Source of the DNA: an uncultured Pelagibacteraceae bacterium
GTDB lineage: Bacteria > Pseudomonadota > Alphaproteobacteria > Pelagibacterales > Pelagibacteraceae
Direction: 5' to 3'
NCBI GenBank assembly: GCA_902619835.1
Contig: CACNFS010000002.1
Span: forward strand, 3,607-67,606
DNA: 64,000 nt
A program made the position numbers and the translations under genes. Below, in pieces: positions 39,500 through 51,824 of the stretch (positions are counted from its first letter, which is position 1; every line of letters starts with the position of its first letter). The notes under the pieces are model-generated. The model was not told where the DNA came from. It worked only from the letters and a program-made list of their open reading frames with translations, and did not search any database.

Positions 39500-40072
39500 T
39501 TATCTAGGGGATCTCTTTGAAAGAATTCTTTGCAAAGTTCTTCTATGCATTTTAAGTCTACGGGCAGTTTCAGATACGTTTCTGTTACAAAGTTCAAATA
39601 CACGATGAATATGCTCCCATTTTACTCTATCAGCAGACATCGGGTTCTCGGGTGGCTTTGCTTTTGACTCCGGTGATGCGAGCAAGGCTGCTTCAACATC
39701 GTCTGCATCCGCTGGCTTAGCGATATAATCTATTGCACCTACCTTTACCGCTGCTACAGCCGTAGGTAGATTCCCGTATCCCGTTAACATTACGATTCTG
39801 ATATCTTTCTTATTTTTAGAAAGCTCTTTGACTACGTCAAGGCCATTACCGTCCTCAAGCCTCAGATCAACCACAGCAAAAGCTGTAGGAGCGGCCTTAG
39901 CTATACTCATACCTTCAGCCACAGATTTAGCCTCTTTAACTTGAAAACCTTTCTTTTCCATCGCTCTGGCGAGTCTTCCTCTTAAAGGATCATCATCGTC
40001 TAATATAAGCAGCGATTTATCAGCAAAGTCGGCTAATTTTAGCTGCTCTGGAGGGTTTTTTTGCGATCTCAT
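39500..40072 (-). CDS. regA: RegA/PrrA/ActR response regulator
   Basis: MSADRVKWEHIHRVFELCNRNVSETARRLKMHRRTLQRIL motif. Confidence 0.95.
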   Translation of the reverse strand: MRSQKNPPEQLKLADFADKSLLILDDDDPLRGRLARAMEKKGFQVKEAKSVAEGMSIAKAAPTAFAVVDLRLEDGNGLDVVKELSKNKKDIRIVMLTGYGNLPTAVAAVKVGAIDYIAKPADADDVEAALLASPESKAKPPENPMSADRVKWEHIHRVFELCNRNVSETARRLKMHRRTLQRILSKRSPR

Positions 40073-40144
40073 GAGGAGCTATATAAGCATTGTTGACAGA
40101 ATTTCAACACGACAAAAATGTCCTTTTTTTCTTTACATAAAGGT

Positions 40145-40181
40145 AAAAAAACCTTAAACGCGAAATAAATAAGGTTTTTTT
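40145..40181. promoter_or_regulatory. 12-bp inverted repeat in the divergent regA/decarboxylase intergenic region
   Basis: AAAAAAACCTTA-N13-TAAGGTTTTTTT. Confidence 0.45.
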
Positions 40182-40233
40182 TATTAAATTTTTTAAAAAA
40201 TCTTTGTGTAATTAAACGTGAGGGACACATGAA

Positions 40234-41415
40234 ATGGGAAAATTTAAAACAGTTAACGAATTAGTTAACTCATTACAACCAGATTACCCCGTATATTGTA
40301 TACGGCTTAACGAGATTAAAAAATCCGTAAAATTTTTTAAAGACAATTTTCCTGGAAAAATACTCTACGCTGTTAAAACAAATCCAAACGAAAAAATTAT
40401 TAAACAGATTATTGCTAGCGGTATCAATGAATTTGATGTTGCCTCTCTAAATGAAATAAAACTTCTTAAAAAAATTAATTCAGATGCAAAATTACATTTT
40501 ATGCATACTATCAAAAGTAAAGAGAGTATATCGTCGGCTTACTTTAATTACGGAGTAAAAAGTTTCTCTCTAGACAGTAAAGATGAATTGAGGAAAATCT
40601 TAGAGGCTACTAATCAAGCAAAAGATTTAGAATTATTTGTAAGAATTGCGATTTCGAATGAGCATGCAGAAATAGATCTTTCAAGAAAATTTGGTGCACT
40701 TCCCTCAGAAGCTTTAGGATTGGTAAGATTGTGTAAGGAGCATTCAAAAAAACTTGGAATAAGTTTTCATGTTGGTTCCCAATGTATGCATAAAATTTCT
40801 TACTCAAAAGGAATTCGTGAAATCGGAAATATAATTAAAAAAACAAAAATAATACCAAATACAATTAATGTTGGTGGAGGATTTCCATCTATATATCCAG
40901 ATCTTAATCCTGAACCATTAATTAATTATATGGAAGAAATTAAAAAAGAGCTTAATAATCTGAAGTTAAATAAATTGCCAGAAATCATATGTGAGCCAGG
41001 AAGAGCTCTTGTAGCAGAAAGTGGATCTACAATTGTTAAAGTTATTTTAAGAAAAAAAAATAGCTTGTACATTAATGACGGAACATATGGATCTTTATTC
41101 GACGCTGGGGCACCAAACTTTGTTTTACCATCAAAGATGATTACAAGCGGAAGAATTCAGTCTAAAAAACTAACTGCTTTTAGTTTTTTTGGACCAACTT
41201 GTGATGGATTAGATTACATGAAAGGACCTTTTTTGTTGCCAAATAATATTAAAGAAAGTGACTATATAGAGCTAGGTCAGTTAGGGGCTTACAGTCTTAC
41301 TTTCAGAACAAACTTCAACGGTTTTTATTCAAATGATATTCACGAATTAAGTGACAAACCAATTATATCTATGTACGATAATGCTAATGATAAAGTTGGT
41401 TCTTTAGTAGCTTAA
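40234..41415 (+). CDS. fold-III PLP-dependent ornithine/lysine/arginine decarboxylase
   Basis: YAVK.N, FDVAS, KFGA, SFHVGSQ, GGGFP, EPGR and GPTCD motifs. Confidence 0.9.
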   Translation: MGKFKTVNELVNSLQPDYPVYCIRLNEIKKSVKFFKDNFPGKILYAVKTNPNEKIIKQIIASGINEFDVASLNEIKLLKKINSDAKLHFMHTIKSKESISSAYFNYGVKSFSLDSKDELRKILEATNQAKDLELFVRIAISNEHAEIDLSRKFGALPSEALGLVRLCKEHSKKLGISFHVGSQCMHKISYSKGIREIGNIIKKTKIIPNTINVGGGFPSIYPDLNPEPLINYMEEIKKELNNLKLNKLPEIICEPGRALVAESGSTIVKVILRKKNSLYINDGTYGSLFDAGAPNFVLPSKMITSGRIQSKKLTAFSFFGPTCDGLDYMKGPFLLPNNIKESDYIELGQLGAYSLTFRTNFNGFYSNDIHELSDKPIISMYDNANDKVGSLVA

Positions 41416-42461
41416 TGAATAAAAAAAATAGTCCGAATATCGGACACAATAAAAAATCTTTACTTAATTCCCCAGTTGAACACATCGATATCAAGTCTTT
41501 TGATGCTCGTAAGATAATTGATGGTATGAGTAAGATGTCTTTCACTTCTAGAGATACAGCCAGAGCGGCAGCTATTTATAATGAAATGCTTGCAGATAAA
41601 GATTGCTCAATTTTTTTAACTTTAGCAGGCTCAACTTCAGCAGGTGGATGCATGGATTTATACACTGATTTGGTTAAACATAACATGGTTGATGCTATTG
41701 TAGCTACGGGGGCCTCGATTATAGATATGGATTTTTTTGAAGCTCTAGGTTTCAAGCATTATCAGGGTTCCCAGTTTCAGGATGATACTGCACTAAGAAA
41801 CAACTATATTGACAGGATATATGACACTTATATTGATGAAGAGGAGCTTCAAGCATGTGACAAAACTATATGTGATATTGCTAATTCTCTAAAACCTAAA
41901 CCATATACTTCAAGGGAATTTATTAAGGAACTTGGAAAATATTTAAAAACAAATTCTAAGAAAAAAAACTCATTAATAGAAACTGCTTATGATAGTAATG
42001 TTCCTATATTTTGTCCCGCTTTCACAGATAGTTCAGCAGGATTTGGGCTTGTAATGCATCAGGAACAAAATCCAGAAAATCACATCACTATAGACTCAAT
42101 TAGAGAGTTCAGAGAAATAACTGAAATTAAACTCAAATCAAAACAATCGGGATTATTAATGGTTGGCGGTGGGGTACCCAAAAATTTTATTCAGGATACA
42201 GTAGTTTGTGCGGAGTTATTAGGTAAAAAGGTAGATATGCATAAATACGCTATTCAAATAACTGTGGCAGATACGAGAGATGGTGCTTGTAGTAGTTCTA
42301 CCTTAAAAGAAGCAAGTTCATGGGGCAAAGTGGATGTGACGAAGGAACAAATGGTGTTTGCTGAGGCTACAAGTGTTTTACCCCTAATAGCAAGCGATGC
42401 GTTCCATCGTAAACATTGGCAAGCAAGACAAAAAAGAAATTTTCAAAATTTATTTAATTGA
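41415..42461 (+). CDS. deoxyhypusine synthase-like protein (probable homospermidine synthase)
   Basis: RIYD, PAFTDS, GGGVPKNF and EASSWGKV (catalytic Lys) motifs. Confidence 0.9.
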   Translation: MNKKNSPNIGHNKKSLLNSPVEHIDIKSFDARKIIDGMSKMSFTSRDTARAAAIYNEMLADKDCSIFLTLAGSTSAGGCMDLYTDLVKHNMVDAIVATGASIIDMDFFEALGFKHYQGSQFQDDTALRNNYIDRIYDTYIDEEELQACDKTICDIANSLKPKPYTSREFIKELGKYLKTNSKKKNSLIETAYDSNVPIFCPAFTDSSAGFGLVMHQEQNPENHITIDSIREFREITEIKLKSKQSGLLMVGGGVPKNFIQDTVVCAELLGKKVDMHKYAIQITVADTRDGACSSSTLKEASSWGKVDVTKEQMVFAEATSVLPLIASDAFHRKHWQARQKRNFQNLFN

Positions 42462-42467
42462 AAAATA

Positions 42468-43343
42468 ATGAGTAAAACGAAGATAGCATTAGTGCAGATG
42501 AAAATGTCGTCTGACCCAAAAAAAAATATTCAAAATGCTGTCCACAAAATTAATGCTGCAGCAAAAAAAGGTGCTAAAGTAATTTGCTTACCAGAGTTAT
42601 TCATGACAAAGTATTTCTGTCAGGTTGAAAGTCATAAAAACTTTAATTTCGCTGAGAAAATACCAGGGCCTAGCAGTAACTTATTTTCTGCACTTGCTAG
42701 AGAACTTAAAATTATTTTAATAGTTTCACTATTTGAGAAGAAGACCTCCGGGCTATATCACAATAGTAGTATTGTAATAAATGAAAAAGGTAAACTTTTA
42801 GGAAAATATAGAAAAATGCATATCCCTGATGATCCACAGTTTTACGAGAAGTTTTATTTTGCTCCTGGAGATTTAGGTTTCAAATCTTTTAAAACTTCAA
42901 AAGGTAATTTAGGAACTTTAATTTGTTGGGATCAGTGGTTTCCTGAAGCAGCAAGATTAACAGCTCTTAAAGGAGCAGAAATTATTTTTTATCCAACCGC
43001 TATTGGGTGGCATCCAAAAGAAAAAAGGAAATTTGGTAAGTCGCAACTAGAGTCCTGGCTTTCAATTCAAAGGTCTCACGCAATAGCTAATGGAATATAT
43101 GTTGCTGCAGTAAATAGAGTTGGAATTGAAAAACAAGGTAATAAAAAGATAGAGTTCTGGGGGAATAGTGTAATATTTGATCCAAGTGGTAACGTTATTA
43201 AAAAGGCCAGTTTTAAAGAAAACATTTTAATTTGTGAAATTGATTTCAAAAAAGTAGAAACCTCTAGACAACATTGGCCTTTTTTTAGAGATAGAAGAAT
43301 AGACTATTATAAAGGACTACTTAAAAATCCAAGAGATGCCTAG
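42468..43343 (+). CDS. aguB: N-carbamoylputrescine amidase (carbon-nitrogen hydrolase)
   Basis: PELF, YRKMHIP, EKFYF.PGD and ICWDQWFPEAAR motifs; adjacent to agmatine deiminase. Confidence 0.85.
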   Translation: MSKTKIALVQMKMSSDPKKNIQNAVHKINAAAKKGAKVICLPELFMTKYFCQVESHKNFNFAEKIPGPSSNLFSALARELKIILIVSLFEKKTSGLYHNSSIVINEKGKLLGKYRKMHIPDDPQFYEKFYFAPGDLGFKSFKTSKGNLGTLICWDQWFPEAARLTALKGAEIIFYPTAIGWHPKEKRKFGKSQLESWLSIQRSHAIANGIYVAAVNRVGIEKQGNKKIEFWGNSVIFDPSGNVIKKASFKENILICEIDFKKVETSRQHWPFFRDRRIDYYKGLLKNPRDA

Positions 43344-44382
43344 AATAACAAAATCTCTTTTCAGAATGCCAGCTGAATGGGAAAGACAACAATCTACATT
43401 GATGGGATGGCCTTATAATAAAAATGATTGGCCAGGCAAGTTTAATAATATTCCTATGATATTTGCTGAAATAATTTCAAAAATCACCAAATCTCAAAAG
43501 GTAAATCTTCTAATTAATAACCACAAATCTAAGAATATAATTAAAAAATTGCTTAGGAAAAACAATGCAAGAGTAAGTAATGTAAAATTTATAATTTGTA
43601 AAACAGATAGAGTATGGATGCGAGATATAGGGCCAATATTTATTAAAGATAAAAACAATCAAAATATTTTGTTAAATTGGGAGTTTAATGGTTGGGCTAA
43701 ATATGACAATTATAGAGCAGATAATAGAGTTAATTTAAGAATAAAAGATCATTACAAAGGAAATGTCATCAATCCTGAATTTAATAAAAAGTCTATAATT
43801 CTTGAGGGTGGGTCGATCGATGTTAATGGAAAAGGTTTACTGCTCACAACAAAAGAATGTTTATTAAGTAAAATTCAACAAAGAAATTCTTTCCTAAAAA
43901 GAAAAGACTATAATCTCATCTTCAAAAAATTTTTTGGGGCAAAAAAGGTTATTTGGCTAAATAAAGGGATTGCTGGAGACGATACTCATGGTCACGTAGA
44001 TGATATTGCTAGATTTGTAAAATCTAATAAAATTTTTCTCGCTTACGAAAATAATAAAAAAGATAAAAATTTTAAAAATCTTGATGAAAACTTTAAAATT
44101 TTAAAAAAAATCAAAATTGGTTCCTCTCAAATAAAAATTATTAAAATTCCTATGCCTAGACCAATTTATATAAAAAAAGTAAGAGTTCCGGCATCGTATC
44201 TAAACTTTTATATCTTTAATAAATTTGTTTTATTGCCAACTTTCAACGATCCTAAAGATAAAATTGTAATCAAAATTTTTAAAAAAGAATTTAATAATAG
44301 AAAAATTATTCCAATAGATTGTTCCGAATTAATTTGGGGTTTTGGAGCAATTCATTGTTTGACGCAACAAGAACCAAAATAA
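43336..44382 (+). CDS. aguA: agmatine deiminase
   Basis: MPAEW, WMRD.GP, EGGS, DTHGHVD, YLNF and G.GAIHCLTQQ motifs. Confidence 0.9.
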   Translation: MPRITKSLFRMPAEWERQQSTLMGWPYNKNDWPGKFNNIPMIFAEIISKITKSQKVNLLINNHKSKNIIKKLLRKNNARVSNVKFIICKTDRVWMRDIGPIFIKDKNNQNILLNWEFNGWAKYDNYRADNRVNLRIKDHYKGNVINPEFNKKSIILEGGSIDVNGKGLLLTTKECLLSKIQQRNSFLKRKDYNLIFKKFFGAKKVIWLNKGIAGDDTHGHVDDIARFVKSNKIFLAYENNKKDKNFKNLDENFKILKKIKIGSSQIKIIKIPMPRPIYIKKVRVPASYLNFYIFNKFVLLPTFNDPKDKIVIKIFKKEFNNRKIIPIDCSELIWGFGAIHCLTQQEPK

Positions 44383-44390
44383 TTTTATCC

Positions 44391-45674
44391 TTACAGTAAA
44401 ATATTTTTAGGAGACCAGCTAATAACTACCGAAGCACCACCTAAATTTTTATCATCTTTAAACAAAAGTTTTGCATTTTGTCTTTCTAATAAAGTTTTAC
44501 CTAAGAAAGTACCTAAACCCAAACCTGAGTTTGAGTTTAATTCAAATGATTTAGATTTAATATACGGTTCTCCTAATTTCTTAATAATATCCTGAGGAAA
44601 CCCTGGGCCATCATCATTTACTGTAATTTTAATTTCTTTATCGTCACTCGAAAGAAAAATGTTCACTTTGCTCTTTGAAAATTTAATTGCATTGCCTATA
44701 AAATTTCGTAAACCATAAATCATTTCTGCTGATCTCTGAATATCAATTTTATTTTTATCATTATCACATACTAAATTAATTTCTTTAGAAGAGATTTCTT
44801 TGAAAGAATTTTTGATTTCCTCGAGCAAGTCCTCTAATTTTGTAGAACTAAAAAATTTATCCTCCTCTATCTGTTTTTTCGAAATACGTTTTAAAATTTC
44901 ACTACATCTTTTAGATTGACTAATTAATAGATCAATATCTTTGGAAAGTTCACTATTTTCTCCAATTTCTTTTTTTAACTCTTTAGCTACTACACTAATT
45001 GTAGCTAAAGGAGTTCCTAGTGAATGAGCTGCAGCTGCAGCTTGACCCCCTAAAGACTCTAATTCGTATTCTTTGTAAATCACTTCTTGGAGTTTTTTAA
45101 AAGCTTCCTCTGTTTTCTTTTTTTCTCCAGCAAATCGAATACCGAAATAACTTAAAAATATTAAACCAATTAGAACAGAGATTATAATTCCAATTTTATA
45201 AAAATTAGGAAAATGTAATAAGTTCATATCCTCGCCTGGTAAAGGTAAATGAAAAAAAGAGATAATTAATAAAAGTATTGATGTTATCAAACCTAGAATA
45301 ATTGTGGTACCCATGCTTAAAAATGTCGAAGAAACTATTGCTGGAATTATCAATAAAAAACAGAAAGGATTAAAAATTCCTCCTGTCAAATAAAGAAGAG
45401 CACTTAGCTGTATCAAATCGTATAATAGAAAGGGAGCCGCGTAAAAATCTTTAAGTTGATTAATTTTAACACCAAAATGCAGATACAAATTCGTAACTAG
45501 TCCAAGCGATATAATTATATAACTCTCTATTATTGGAAATGGTAAACTCAAATAATAATAAACAACACCAATAGCTAAAAACTGACCAAAAGTAGCAATA
45601 TATCTAAATATTGTTAAGGTATTCTTATCTAAATTTAAATTCTCTTTTGTTCTAAAAAGAGTAGAGAGATCCAT
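44391..45674 (-). CDS. regB: RegB/PrrB/ActS sensor histidine kinase
   Basis: TGG..NPF, AAAAAHSLGTPL, RCSEIL and GLGLG motifs. Confidence 0.92.
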   Translation of the reverse strand: MDLSTLFRTKENLNLDKNTLTIFRYIATFGQFLAIGVVYYYLSLPFPIIESYIIISLGLVTNLYLHFGVKINQLKDFYAAPFLLYDLIQLSALLYLTGGIFNPFCFLLIIPAIVSSTFLSMGTTIILGLITSILLLIISFFHLPLPGEDMNLLHFPNFYKIGIIISVLIGLIFLSYFGIRFAGEKKKTEEAFKKLQEVIYKEYELESLGGQAAAAAHSLGTPLATISVVAKELKKEIGENSELSKDIDLLISQSKRCSEILKRISKKQIEEDKFFSSTKLEDLLEEIKNSFKEISSKEINLVCDNDKNKIDIQRSAEMIYGLRNFIGNAIKFSKSKVNIFLSSDDKEIKITVNDDGPGFPQDIIKKLGEPYIKSKSFELNSNSGLGLGTFLGKTLLERQNAKLLFKDDKNLGGASVVISWSPKNILL

Positions 45675-45677
45675 AGA

Positions 45678-47765
<2,088 letters not shown>

Positions 47766-47874
47766 TCATTTTTTTTATGTAATATAAAACCTATCTACAT
47801 AAACCTGATCTAAAAACATTCTGTATCAACAGTTTTAAAGCAAAAATAAAAAAAAAAATCAAAATTAAAGAATT

Positions 47875-48990
47875 TTAGATTTTCATCGGCATTATTACAT
47901 AAAAACTATTTTTATCTGCGTTGTCTTGAATTAGCACAGGTGAAACGGAATCATTTAAATACATTCTCAAATTTTTATCCTCGACCTCAGATGAGATATC
48001 TATCAAATATTTTGAATTAAAGCTTATATTTAAATTTTCAGAATTAAACTCTGCTTTAATTTTTTCGTTACCCTCACCTGCATTAGCGTTGTTGACTGAC
48101 AACTGAAGATTATCTTTAGAAATCGCAAGTTTTACGCCCTCTTTTCCGTCTAAAGACACACTAGTAACTCTTTCAATAGATTTAATAAAATCTTGAGATA
48201 AGACAACTAGTTTTTTTTTATTGTTTATAGGAACAACTTTTTTGTAATCTGGAAATTTTCCATCAATCACTTTAGAAATCAATTTAATATTCCCTATGTT
48301 AAATTTCACTTTATTCTCACCTAATTGAAGATTAAGTTGATCTGAATTTTCACCTAGCAAAGAACAAAGCTGAAAAACTGTTTTTCTGGGCAAAATAAAA
48401 GATTTAAACTCAATGACTTTTTCTACTTCTATGCTGCTTGAAGACAACCTATGGCTATCCGTTGCTACCCCGGTAATAAAGTTTCTTCCATTTGACTCTG
48501 TTAAATGCAGATATATACCATTTAGATAGTGTCTTGTGTCATCATTTGAGATAGAAATTTTAGTTTTATTTAAAAGTTTCAAAAATTTTCCATTATTGAG
48601 AACAATTTCTTCGCTGGTAAAGTCATCTGCAAAGGTTGGGAAGTTATCTGTTGGTAGACAATTAAGATTAAAGTCTGAATTTTCACTTTTTAAACTTAAT
48701 TTATCTTTAGTTTTTAATTGAAAATTTAACTCAGAATTTGAAGATATCTTTCTTAAAATATCATAAAGAATTGTAGCTGAGGTAGTAGTGCTTCCCTCAG
48801 TTAGAATTTTAACATCCGATATTTCATCATAAAATATGATATCTAGATCTGTAGCTATTATTGACAGTTTTTTATTTTTTAATTCTATTAAAACATTTGA
48901 AAGTATTGGTAATGTGTTTTTTTTTTCAACAACACCTTGAACATAATTTAGTGATTTAAGTAAAATATCTCTCTTAATAACAAATTGCAT
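47875..48990 (-). CDS. dnaN: DNA polymerase III beta clamp
   Basis: ATDLD, ATDSHRL, GKFPDY and VIMPM motifs. Confidence 0.97.
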   Translation of the reverse strand: MQFVIKRDILLKSLNYVQGVVEKKNTLPILSNVLIELKNKKLSIIATDLDIIFYDEISDVKILTEGSTTTSATILYDILRKISSNSELNFQLKTKDKLSLKSENSDFNLNCLPTDNFPTFADDFTSEEIVLNNGKFLKLLNKTKISISNDDTRHYLNGIYLHLTESNGRNFITGVATDSHRLSSSSIEVEKVIEFKSFILPRKTVFQLCSLLGENSDQLNLQLGENKVKFNIGNIKLISKVIDGKFPDYKKVVPINNKKKLVVLSQDFIKSIERVTSVSLDGKEGVKLAISKDNLQLSVNNANAGEGNEKIKAEFNSENLNISFNSKYLIDISSEVEDKNLRMYLNDSVSPVLIQDNADKNSFYVIMPMKI

Positions 48991-48994
48991 TTAA

Positions 48995-50410
48995 TTAATG
49001 CTCGATTAAAAGACTCTTTATTTGATTTATATTTTTTTTCATCTCATCATCTTGCTCGGAAAGTCTTGTAATAGTTTTCACAGCATGAATGACTGTGGTA
49101 TGGTCTCTGTTGGCAAATCTTCTTCCTATTTCAGGCAATGATCTTGAGGTCATCTTTTTTGCTAAATACATAGCTATTTGTCTTGGTCTGGCTAAAGGTC
49201 TTGATCTTCTTTGCGACAACATATCGTTTAAAGGAATGTTAAAGTAATTAGAGACTGTATTTTGAATTTTATCTACTGTAATTACTCTAATCTGATTAAA
49301 CACATCTTTAAGAATTTTCTTACAGTCAGCCACTGTTAAAATTTTATTATGAACCCTGCTAAAAGCGATTACTCTGTTAAGAACTCCAATAAGCTCTCTT
49401 ATATTAGTTTTACTTTCCGAAGCAATAAAATTTATCACTTCATCACTTAAACTTATATTTTCTTTAAATTTATTTTGAATTTCCTCTATTTTCTTTTTGA
49501 TAATTTTTATTTTTAAATCTATATCAGGTGCCTCTATGTCTACAACCAGACCTCCAGCAAGTCTTGATTTAATTCTCTCTTGAACTCTCTCAAGCTTCAT
49601 AGGCGATCTATCCGAAGAAATAATTATTTGTGAGCCTTTATCAATCAAGCTGTTAAATGTATGAAAAAACTCTTCTTGTAAGCTTTCTTTTCCGCTAATG
49701 AATTGAATATCATCTATAATAAATACAGATGATTTTCTAAAAAAATCCTTAAAATTTACCATATCATTTTTTTTGATAGACTTGATAAAATGATACATAA
49801 ATCTTTCAGCTGAAATGAACATTACATTATTATTGTCCTGAAGCTCAAGACCAATTGCGTTTAATAAGTGTGTTTTTCCTAAACCAACTCCACCGCAAAT
49901 ATATAGTGGGTTATATCTAGATACATGTTCGCAGACTTTTTTGGAGTAAGATAAAGCAATATCATTGCTTTTTCCTTGTATGAAATTTTCGAAATTTAAA
50001 CTAGGATTGAGCCTATTATAATTTAAAAGAGAGTCTTTGATTTCAGAAACTTTATTCAATTCCTCAATTTTGATAAACTCTTGTTTTTGCTGATTTTCCT
50101 CAATAATTTTGAATTCTATTCGGTTAAGACTTAATTTAAACGATTTTACTTTTTCTAAAATTTTATCCAAATATCTTGAAACAATCCAGTCTCTAAAAAA
50201 TCTTGTTGGAACTCCAAGTATTAAATAATCATTAAACTCTTTTTCTAATGAAATTTTTTGAAGCCAACTATTATAAATTTCTGTTCCAAAAGATTTTTTA
50301 AAAGTTTCTCGTACATCGTTCCAATTTAACGTTTTTTCTTCCTCAGATATGTAAACGTTATGTTTTTTAGTATTATTTTTTTCCATGTAGGTATTTCGAT
50401 AGAGACTCAT
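48995..50410 (-). CDS. dnaA: chromosomal replication initiator DnaA
   Basis: YNPLYI.GGVGLGKTHL, DDIQF, QEEFFHTFN and RDHTTV motifs. Confidence 0.98.
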   Translation of the reverse strand: MSLYRNTYMEKNNTKKHNVYISEEEKTLNWNDVRETFKKSFGTEIYNSWLQKISLEKEFNDYLILGVPTRFFRDWIVSRYLDKILEKVKSFKLSLNRIEFKIIEENQQKQEFIKIEELNKVSEIKDSLLNYNRLNPSLNFENFIQGKSNDIALSYSKKVCEHVSRYNPLYICGGVGLGKTHLLNAIGLELQDNNNVMFISAERFMYHFIKSIKKNDMVNFKDFFRKSSVFIIDDIQFISGKESLQEEFFHTFNSLIDKGSQIIISSDRSPMKLERVQERIKSRLAGGLVVDIEAPDIDLKIKIIKKKIEEIQNKFKENISLSDEVINFIASESKTNIRELIGVLNRVIAFSRVHNKILTVADCKKILKDVFNQIRVITVDKIQNTVSNYFNIPLNDMLSQRRSRPLARPRQIAMYLAKKMTSRSLPEIGRRFANRDHTTVIHAVKTITRLSEQDDEMKKNINQIKSLLIEH

Positions 50411-50511
50411 ATAAACTCTCTTTTAAAATTTTTTTCAAGATTTTTTTTTAGAAAAATAAAAATAAATTGATTCAGGTTGTAAGCTTAACGTGCAGATAGA
50501 AATAAAAAAAA

Positions 50512-50595
50512 TTACAACTTTTAAAAGAAACTACATTTTTGATTTTAAAAAATTTACAACTTTTAAAAGAAACTACATTTTTGATTTTAAAAAAT
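50512..50595. repeat. perfect 42-bp tandem duplication upstream of dnaA
   Basis: TTACAACTTTTAAAAGAAACTACATTTTTGATTTTAAAAAAT twice (50512-50553, 50554-50595). Confidence 0.9.
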
Positions 50596-50645
50596 TTAAA
50601 ATCTAAATGTTGATTTATAAATTTTCAATCAACTCGAGATTGATA

Positions 50646-50900
50646 TTATTTTATTTTTTTTGAGAGTTTAGAAATTTTTCTTGATGCAGTTCTTTTATTT
50701 ACTACTCCAGATTTAGCAACCTGCATTAGAATTGATTGAAATTTAGAAAAATATTTTTTTGCTTTTGATTTGTCTTCAGATTTTATGAGCAGTTCCATTT
50801 GTTTTACAGCGTTTTTGTATTTACTTTTTCTTATTCTATTTACACGCGTTTGTTTTTTTACTCTTCTCACACGTCTAATTGCTGATTTTGTGTTTGGCAT
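50646..50900 (-). CDS. rpsT: 30S ribosomal protein S20
   Basis: MPNTKSAIRR...N...KS...TASRKISKL; true start at 50900. Confidence 0.93.
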   Translation of the reverse strand: MPNTKSAIRRVRRVKKQTRVNRIRKSKYKNAVKQMELLIKSEDKSKAKKYFSKFQSILMQVAKSGVVNKRTASRKISKLSKKIK

Positions 50901-50940
50901 TTTTAAAACTGTATATATGCAGGTATTATTATGGTCAACT

Positions 50941-51813
50941 TTAATATTTTTGACAAGCTGGACAGAAAAAGGTTGCACGATTAGATATTTTTATTTTTAT
51001 TATCCTTTTTTTACAATCTGCGTTAGAACAATTTTTTCCTTGCTTTCCATAAACATTAAATTTTTGCTGAAAAGATCCTTTTTTTCCATTTAGACTAGAA
51101 AAATTTTTCACAGATGATCCGCCCTCCATAATTGACTTTTTCAAAACATTTTTAGTTATTTTAAGCATTCTTTTAATTTCTAAATCTTTTAAGTTCTTCG
51201 CTTTTCGAATAGGTTTAATCTTGCTACTAAACAGAATTTCATTAGCATAAATATTTCCTAAGCCCGATATAAACGTTTGATCCATCAATAAGTTTTTTAC
51301 AGGTCTATTCTTATTTTTAATATAGTGTTTAAAGTATTTAAAGTTAAAATTCTTACTTAAAGGTTCAGGTCCTAACCTTTTTAAATGAAGGCTATTGTTA
51401 TAATTTTTTTCATTGTAAAATTTCAAAAAACCAAATTTTCTTACATCATTGTATATTAATTTTTGTCTACCTTTAAAATGAAAAATTACTCTATTATGAA
51501 TATTATCTTTTTTTTCATTAAGATTATAATAAAAACTCGTTTTGGATTTTCTATTATTTTGACTTACAAAAAAGAACTTCCCTGTCATTCCTAGATGAGC
51601 CAGCATTATGATTGAGTTTTTAAAATGGAATAAAAGAAATTTTGATCTTCTAGTAATTTTTTTAATCTTTAATCCTTTAAGCTTACTAAAATCATTAGGA
51701 TTAATTCTATATCTTAAATTGGTTTCATTAATTATTACTTTTTTGATATCTAAATTTTGTATTTTTCTTTCAAGAGACCTTTTAACGACTTCAACTTCTG
51801 GTAATTCTGGCAT
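50941..51813 (-). CDS. mutM: formamidopyrimidine-DNA glycosylase
   Basis: MPELPEVE, HLGMTG, GLGNIYANE and a C-terminal zinc finger. Confidence 0.97.
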   Translation of the reverse strand: MPELPEVEVVKRSLERKIQNLDIKKVIINETNLRYRINPNDFSKLKGLKIKKITRRSKFLLFHFKNSIIMLAHLGMTGKFFFVSQNNRKSKTSFYYNLNEKKDNIHNRVIFHFKGRQKLIYNDVRKFGFLKFYNEKNYNNSLHLKRLGPEPLSKNFNFKYFKHYIKNKNRPVKNLLMDQTFISGLGNIYANEILFSSKIKPIRKAKNLKDLEIKRMLKITKNVLKKSIMEGGSSVKNFSSLNGKKGSFQQKFNVYGKQGKNCSNADCKKRIIKIKISNRATFFCPACQKY

Positions 51814-51824
51814 ATAATTCCTTT

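Noticed and set aside
39500-40072. Visibly higher GC in regA as a sign of horizontal transfer
   Set aside because: The protein is a canonical Ala/Arg-rich RegA with its cognate regB nearby, so amino-acid composition is a sufficient explanation.
50411-50645. oriC or CRISPR array upstream of dnaA
   Set aside because: No clear DnaA-box cluster, and the repeat has two adjacent copies with no spacer and no cas genes.
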